A DNA stretch of 64,000 nt from Chlorokybus atmophyticus. Lineage: Eukaryota > Plantae > Mesostigma and Chlorokybus algae. Below the pieces are notes generated by a model. That model was given only the letters and a program-made list of their open reading frames with translations. It had not been told where the DNA came from and did not search any database. This document shows, one piece after another, positions 62,901 to 64,000 of this stretch. How positions within the stretch are numbered: the stretch's first letter is position 1; each line of letters begins with the position of its first letter. The stretch covers positions 461,368 to 525,367 of the forward strand of contig RHPI01002533.1 in the NCBI GenBank assembly GCA_009103225.1, written 5' to 3'. The position numbers and the translations under genes are program-made.

Positions 62901-63364
62901 TCATTGTGCTTGCCAGTGCATGTCACAGTTGGTCACTGTACGGCTTGCCTGTTGCATGCCTGTGACATACCTGTGACTTGCCAGCTGCTTATCTGGGTCG
63001 CTTGACCCGGGTCTGCAAGTTCCGAACCAAGCTGTTTCCAAACCCTCCCTCTCTGGCTTCGGCCTAGAGATCGGGACTTGGTTATGACAGTTTTGGGGAA
63101 GTTGTGCGGTGAGCGTCATGGCAGCCGTGCATGACTCACATACCTATAAGTGCGCATTCTGTTCCCAAACTCTATGAGCCAAAAAGCCTCCCCCTCTGGC
63201 TTCAGCCTGGAGATTAGGACTTGGTTGAGGACAACACCGGGTTGGGACATTTTGATCCCATTCAGACTTTAGATCAAGCCTTCCTGGTTTTGGGATTGGT
63301 TTGGACTTCGTTTGGGACTTGAGCAACTTGGGGTCATTTTTTTCCTCTCGTTGAACCTGGTCCG

Positions 63365-63760
63365 TTGGTGAGGTTCTCACCATCCCATTTTGCCTGTTTT
63401 TGCAGACAAATGGAAGAGAACTCGGTGCCCACCTCGAAGAGGAAAAGCTCGCAAAAAGAGCAATTATCCCGTGAGGAGGAGTTTCCATCCATGGAGGATA
63501 TTGCCAACCCGGATGATGCACCTAATGAGTCTCATGCTGCTAAGGATGTGGATGCCTTGGTGGAACCAGACGGGCCACCACCACCACCACCACCATCATT
63601 CGTGCAGCCTGAAATCTCAATTTGCCTTACGAAACAGGAGCTGATGGACCACTTTCTTAGCATCTATGATGAGGAGCCTCGTGAGGCGATTGTCTCGCTC
63701 ATCAACTTTCTCTTTCATGTGGCGGAAACGATCTCAAAGCTCACCACCTTTATGGGGTGA
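63365..63760 (+). other. Unassigned ORF, possibly from a different decayed mobile element
   Basis: Acidic/Pro-rich ORF followed by stop-interrupted frames. It is preceded by repeated GGGACTTG-like motifs and lacks the host's TG/CATG-rich intron style. Confidence 0.25.
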
Positions 63761-64000
63761 GATTGGGAGGGATCGATGGGTGAAGGCAAACGTGTTCTGA
63801 ATATGATCGAGCGCCTTTAACGCTCTGACAGTGGTCCACCTGTTCAGGCGCTCGCTCGTCCTGCCGAGTTTGTTCCCAGCAAGCAAGCGACAATTTTCGA
63901 CTGACTCGTGAAGCTGAAGAGACACTATGTCAACTCCCTTCACAATTCTGAGGAGGGGAAGTTGCGTGTAGTTGAGTTGCTCATTTCAAACGATGCTCTG

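Noticed and set aside
63365-64000. SCC3/STAG cohesin subunit N-terminus
   Set aside because: Only a loose resemblance (LMDHFLSIYDEEPREAIVSLINFLF); downstream frames have stops and no STAG motifs.

Overview
Intron-rich eukaryotic nuclear DNA with short GT-AG introns rich in TG/CA and CATG. It is most likely a streptophyte green alga; this is inferred from a DRM-type methyltransferase, two U12-type introns, a germin-like protein and plastid-targeted proteins. About 17 genes were reconstructed by hand-splicing, many in head-to-head pairs: a UDP-glycosyltransferase fused to an FkbM methyltransferase, a circularly permuted DRM DNA methyltransferase apparently carrying four CCHC zinc fingers instead of UBA domains, a BPL_N-transmembrane fusion, a small FLASH-N-terminus-like coiled-coil protein, a Cys-rich plastid/lumen protein, OPA3-like, SOUL, DMC1 (one AT-AC and one GT-AG U12-type intron), ZW10, BCCIP/BCP1, an amino-acid transporter, a germin-like protein, LIN37-like, RPC6, a tandem F-box/LRR-like pair (one copy decayed) and ERMP1/M28. 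The right end holds a rearranged composite of two Ty3/gypsy chromovirus fragments, a 527-bp LTR, a fully palindromic 90-bp LTR-like element and a second perfect hairpin. There is one 561-nt N gap. Exon boundaries were read by eye, family assignments rest on recalled motifs, and no searches were run.
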